NCBI RefSeq assembly: GCF_046119375.1
Contig: NW_027362772.1
Span: 281,666,001-281,730,000 of the forward strand
From: Phyllobates terribilis
Taxonomy: Eukaryota
Direction of reading: 5' to 3'
Length of the DNA stretch: 64,000 nt
The notes under the pieces are model-generated. The model saw only the letters and a program-made list of their open reading frames with translations, searched no databases and was not told the DNA's origin. Positions 61,330 to 64,000 of the stretch are shown here, piece by piece. The first letter of the stretch is position 1. Each line of letters opens with the position of its first letter. The translations under genes and the position numbers were made by a program.

Positions 61330-62465
61330 CAGGGGTCTCAAACTCGGCTGGGTATATGGGCCGCACACGGAAAAAAATTTAATTTGGGGGGCCGCATTCT
61401 TTGCAGGACAAAGTGACATTTTTAGTGATACTATTTTTTTTTCTATACACCTTTTGAACATTTTTGCTGTTTTATTTTTTATAGCTTGGGTTGTTATGGA
61501 TGTGGCGATAATAAAACGTACACTTTTTTTGTTTACTTTAGTTTAGATATAAAGCAGCATTTTTAGTGGCAAAATATTTTTTCATGCTTTATTTTGAAGT
61601 TTTTCTGCCAAAATCTTGTAGTAATGTGCCCCACCCTGGTCTTCATCTTGTAATGTCCCCCATCTTTTTCCCCATATTCTCGTAGTATTCCGTACTGGTC
61701 CCCATCTTGTTGTAATGTCTCCCACCCTGGGCCCCATATTGTCGTAATGTCACATACCGGTCCCCATATTGTAGATATGGCCTCATCTTGTAGTAATGCC
61801 CCATCCTTGTCCCCATCTTGTTGTAATGTCCCCATCTTCTAGGAATGTCCCCATCCTGGTCTCCCTCTTGTAGTAATGTCCCCAGCCTGGTAACCATGTT
61901 TTAGTAATGTTCCCAGCCTGGTCCCTATGTTTTATGACTGTCCCCAGCCTGGTCCACATGTTTTAGGACTGTCCCTTGTGTCGTTCTACACATAAAAGAG
62001 AGAAAAAAAAAAAGATTCTTCTCACCTGTCCTCCGTTCCCTCGGCGTCCTTTCTGCACCTGTGGCCCGCAAGCACCATAGACCCCGATCGCGGCCCGGTC
62101 CAGGAGCTGCCGGCAGCTGCGCTTCAGTTCAGTGTATTGCCGCGCAGAGACCGGCTCCTGCACAGCAATACCAGTGTCACCCGCCGGCCTATCAGAGGCC
62201 AGCAGCTGACATCTGCGCGTGTCAGTGACGTCATACGCCGCTGCGCTGGGACGCAGATGTCAGCTGCTGGCCTCTGATAGGCCGGCGGCTGGCATTGGTA
62301 TTGCTGTGCAGAGAGCCGGTCTCTGCGTGGCAATACACTGAACTGAAGCGCAGCTGCCGGCAGCTCCTGGACCGGGCCGCGATCGGGGTCTATGGTGCCT
62401 GCGGGCCGCATGAAGCAGCCTGAAGGGCCACATGCGGCCCGCGGGCCGCGTGTTTGAGACCCCTG
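61330..62465. mobile_element. Non-autonomous hAT (Charlie-like) element in bud13 intron 1
   Basis: CAGGGGTCTCAAAC TIRs; perfect 8-bp TSD GTCTAGAT (nTCTAGAn target); internal ~22-bp repeats and a long palindrome. Confidence 0.9.
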
Positions 62466-62696
62466 GTCTAGATGGACTTATAAAATGCTTTTTTTAATAT
62501 CAGGACTATACAGTTATTCTGATATGGATTTTCATCTGCCTCATCAGGTCTGAGAGATAATTAATATTGTATGCAGTGTGTATTGTGACGTCTGGTGGCA
62601 GATCAGGATAGTAGCTCTTAACACGCCCCATTTTTAGTGCAAGTGGCTATCTGCATTTGTCTTCTATTCATTAAAGTTAGAAATAAGCCACTTTAC

Positions 62697-63113
62697 AGGG
62701 AATCTGTCAGCAGGTTTTTGCTATGTAATCCGACATTAACATGACGTAGGGGCAGAGACCCTGATTCCAGCAATGTGTCACTTAGTGTGCTGCAGTTATG
62801 ATAGAATCTCAGTTTTCTCTGCTGCAGATCTAGCAGTTCTCTAATGCTGAGCCCTGTATAACCCCGCCCACATCACTGATTGGCAACTTTCTGTGTACAC
62901 TGTGCATAGGCAGAAAGCTGCTAATCAATGGGGTGATGTGGTTGCACCAGGAGGCACTCTAGTCCTGTAGTGATAAACTCCTGCTGATAAAACACTGTTT
63001 TCCTGTTTCAGTGCAATCAGACTAGTAAGTGACACATCGCCGGAGTCAGGGTCTATGCCCCTACATCATGGTGCTCTCAGATTACATAGCAAAAACCTGT
63101 TGACAGTTTCCCT
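62697..63113. mobile_element. T2/Kolobok-type fold-back MITE
   Basis: AGGGAATCTGTCAGCAGGTTTTTGCTATGTAATC inverted at the right end; TTAC/TTAA flanks. Confidence 0.75.
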
Positions 63114-64000
63114 TTAAGGCCATATTTCCCTCCTTTGGGTAGTTTATGGTGGAGTTTTTAATCTCTGGAAGCATTCTTTGCAGACTTCTGATTGGACTAT
63201 GCCTAGTTTGGGGCAGATTCCATTAGGAGCCGTTTCCGACAAGCGACACGCACATTCTTTTTACTACCAGACATTTTTCTAAACCCAAAGCAAAAAAAAT
63301 GCTCAAAAGCCTAAACACTTGAACGGCATTATATTCATTATCATCCTCATAAGTCTCCATCGGGACATACCATATGGGCTTGTTCACAAGTGGCAGTTTT
63401 TATGCATTTTTTTCGTACTCAAAAAAATTCAACGTTTTTTAGTAACAATAAAGAATGAGATTTTTAAAATCTCATTCACACTGCATATTTTTTTCCTTTT
63501 TTTTTGGACAATTCTTTGAAGCGATTTTACTTGCAGTTTTTCTCCATTAACCTGAAAATGGATTAGCAACAAAAAAATGCTTTAAAAATGTATGTAATTT
63601 CCCTTGCGATTTTCTGGCTTTGCCCTGTGTTTGTTTTTCATGCAGAAATAAAAATCAAAAACATTGTGTGAACACACCAAAAGCACTGGATTTGTTGTGT
63701 GTAGTAAAACCAAAAAAAGTCTTTAGAAAATCTGTGATAAATCTGCACCAAGGTCTGTAGATATTTTGCAGTTTCATATTGCAAGGATGTGTCGTCATCG
63801 ATCCTGAGAATGAAGGGGTCTCGTTGTTTTATCCCCCACGCTGTGGTGCACTTGTCACAGGAAACTGCACCATGGATCCATTTAGATGAATGGGAATCTT
63901 TAGCGAGCCCTGTGATTGGCAGGAGCGTGGACCCCCACTAATCATCGAGTGGTGGGATATCCGAGCATCACGCCATCACTTTATCAGATGGGAATAACAC

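Noticed and set aside
60099-64000. Search for bud13 exon 2 (MRIVDDD-like)
   Set aside because: No matching exon found; presumably beyond the window end

Overview
Vertebrate, intron-rich genomic DNA; the repeat content points to a frog (inference). The window covers the apolipoprotein cluster in the same gene order and orientation as the human APOA4-APOA5-ZPR1-BUD13 block. All four genes are on +: a strongly diverged apoa4-like gene (351 aa from 3 coding exons, plus a probable non-coding first exon), apoa5 (343 aa, 3 coding exons), a complete 14-exon zpr1 (450 aa; intron 8 is U12-type) and bud13 exon 1. The rest is transposons and tandem repeats: Tc1 elements (two DD34E, one DD35E, three DD38E copies), a decayed hAT transposase, four solo LTRs, many MITEs, a Penelope-type inverted repeat carrying a hammerhead-ribozyme-like core, and several minisatellites, one with higher-order structure. 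Most long ORFs in the track are repeat artefacts. I found no wholly new biological system. The best leads are the divergent apoA-IV paralogue, the near-intact DD35E/DD38E transposases, the intronic hammerhead motif and the nested TE stack upstream of zpr1. Coordinates were counted by hand and alignments to human proteins are by eye from memory.
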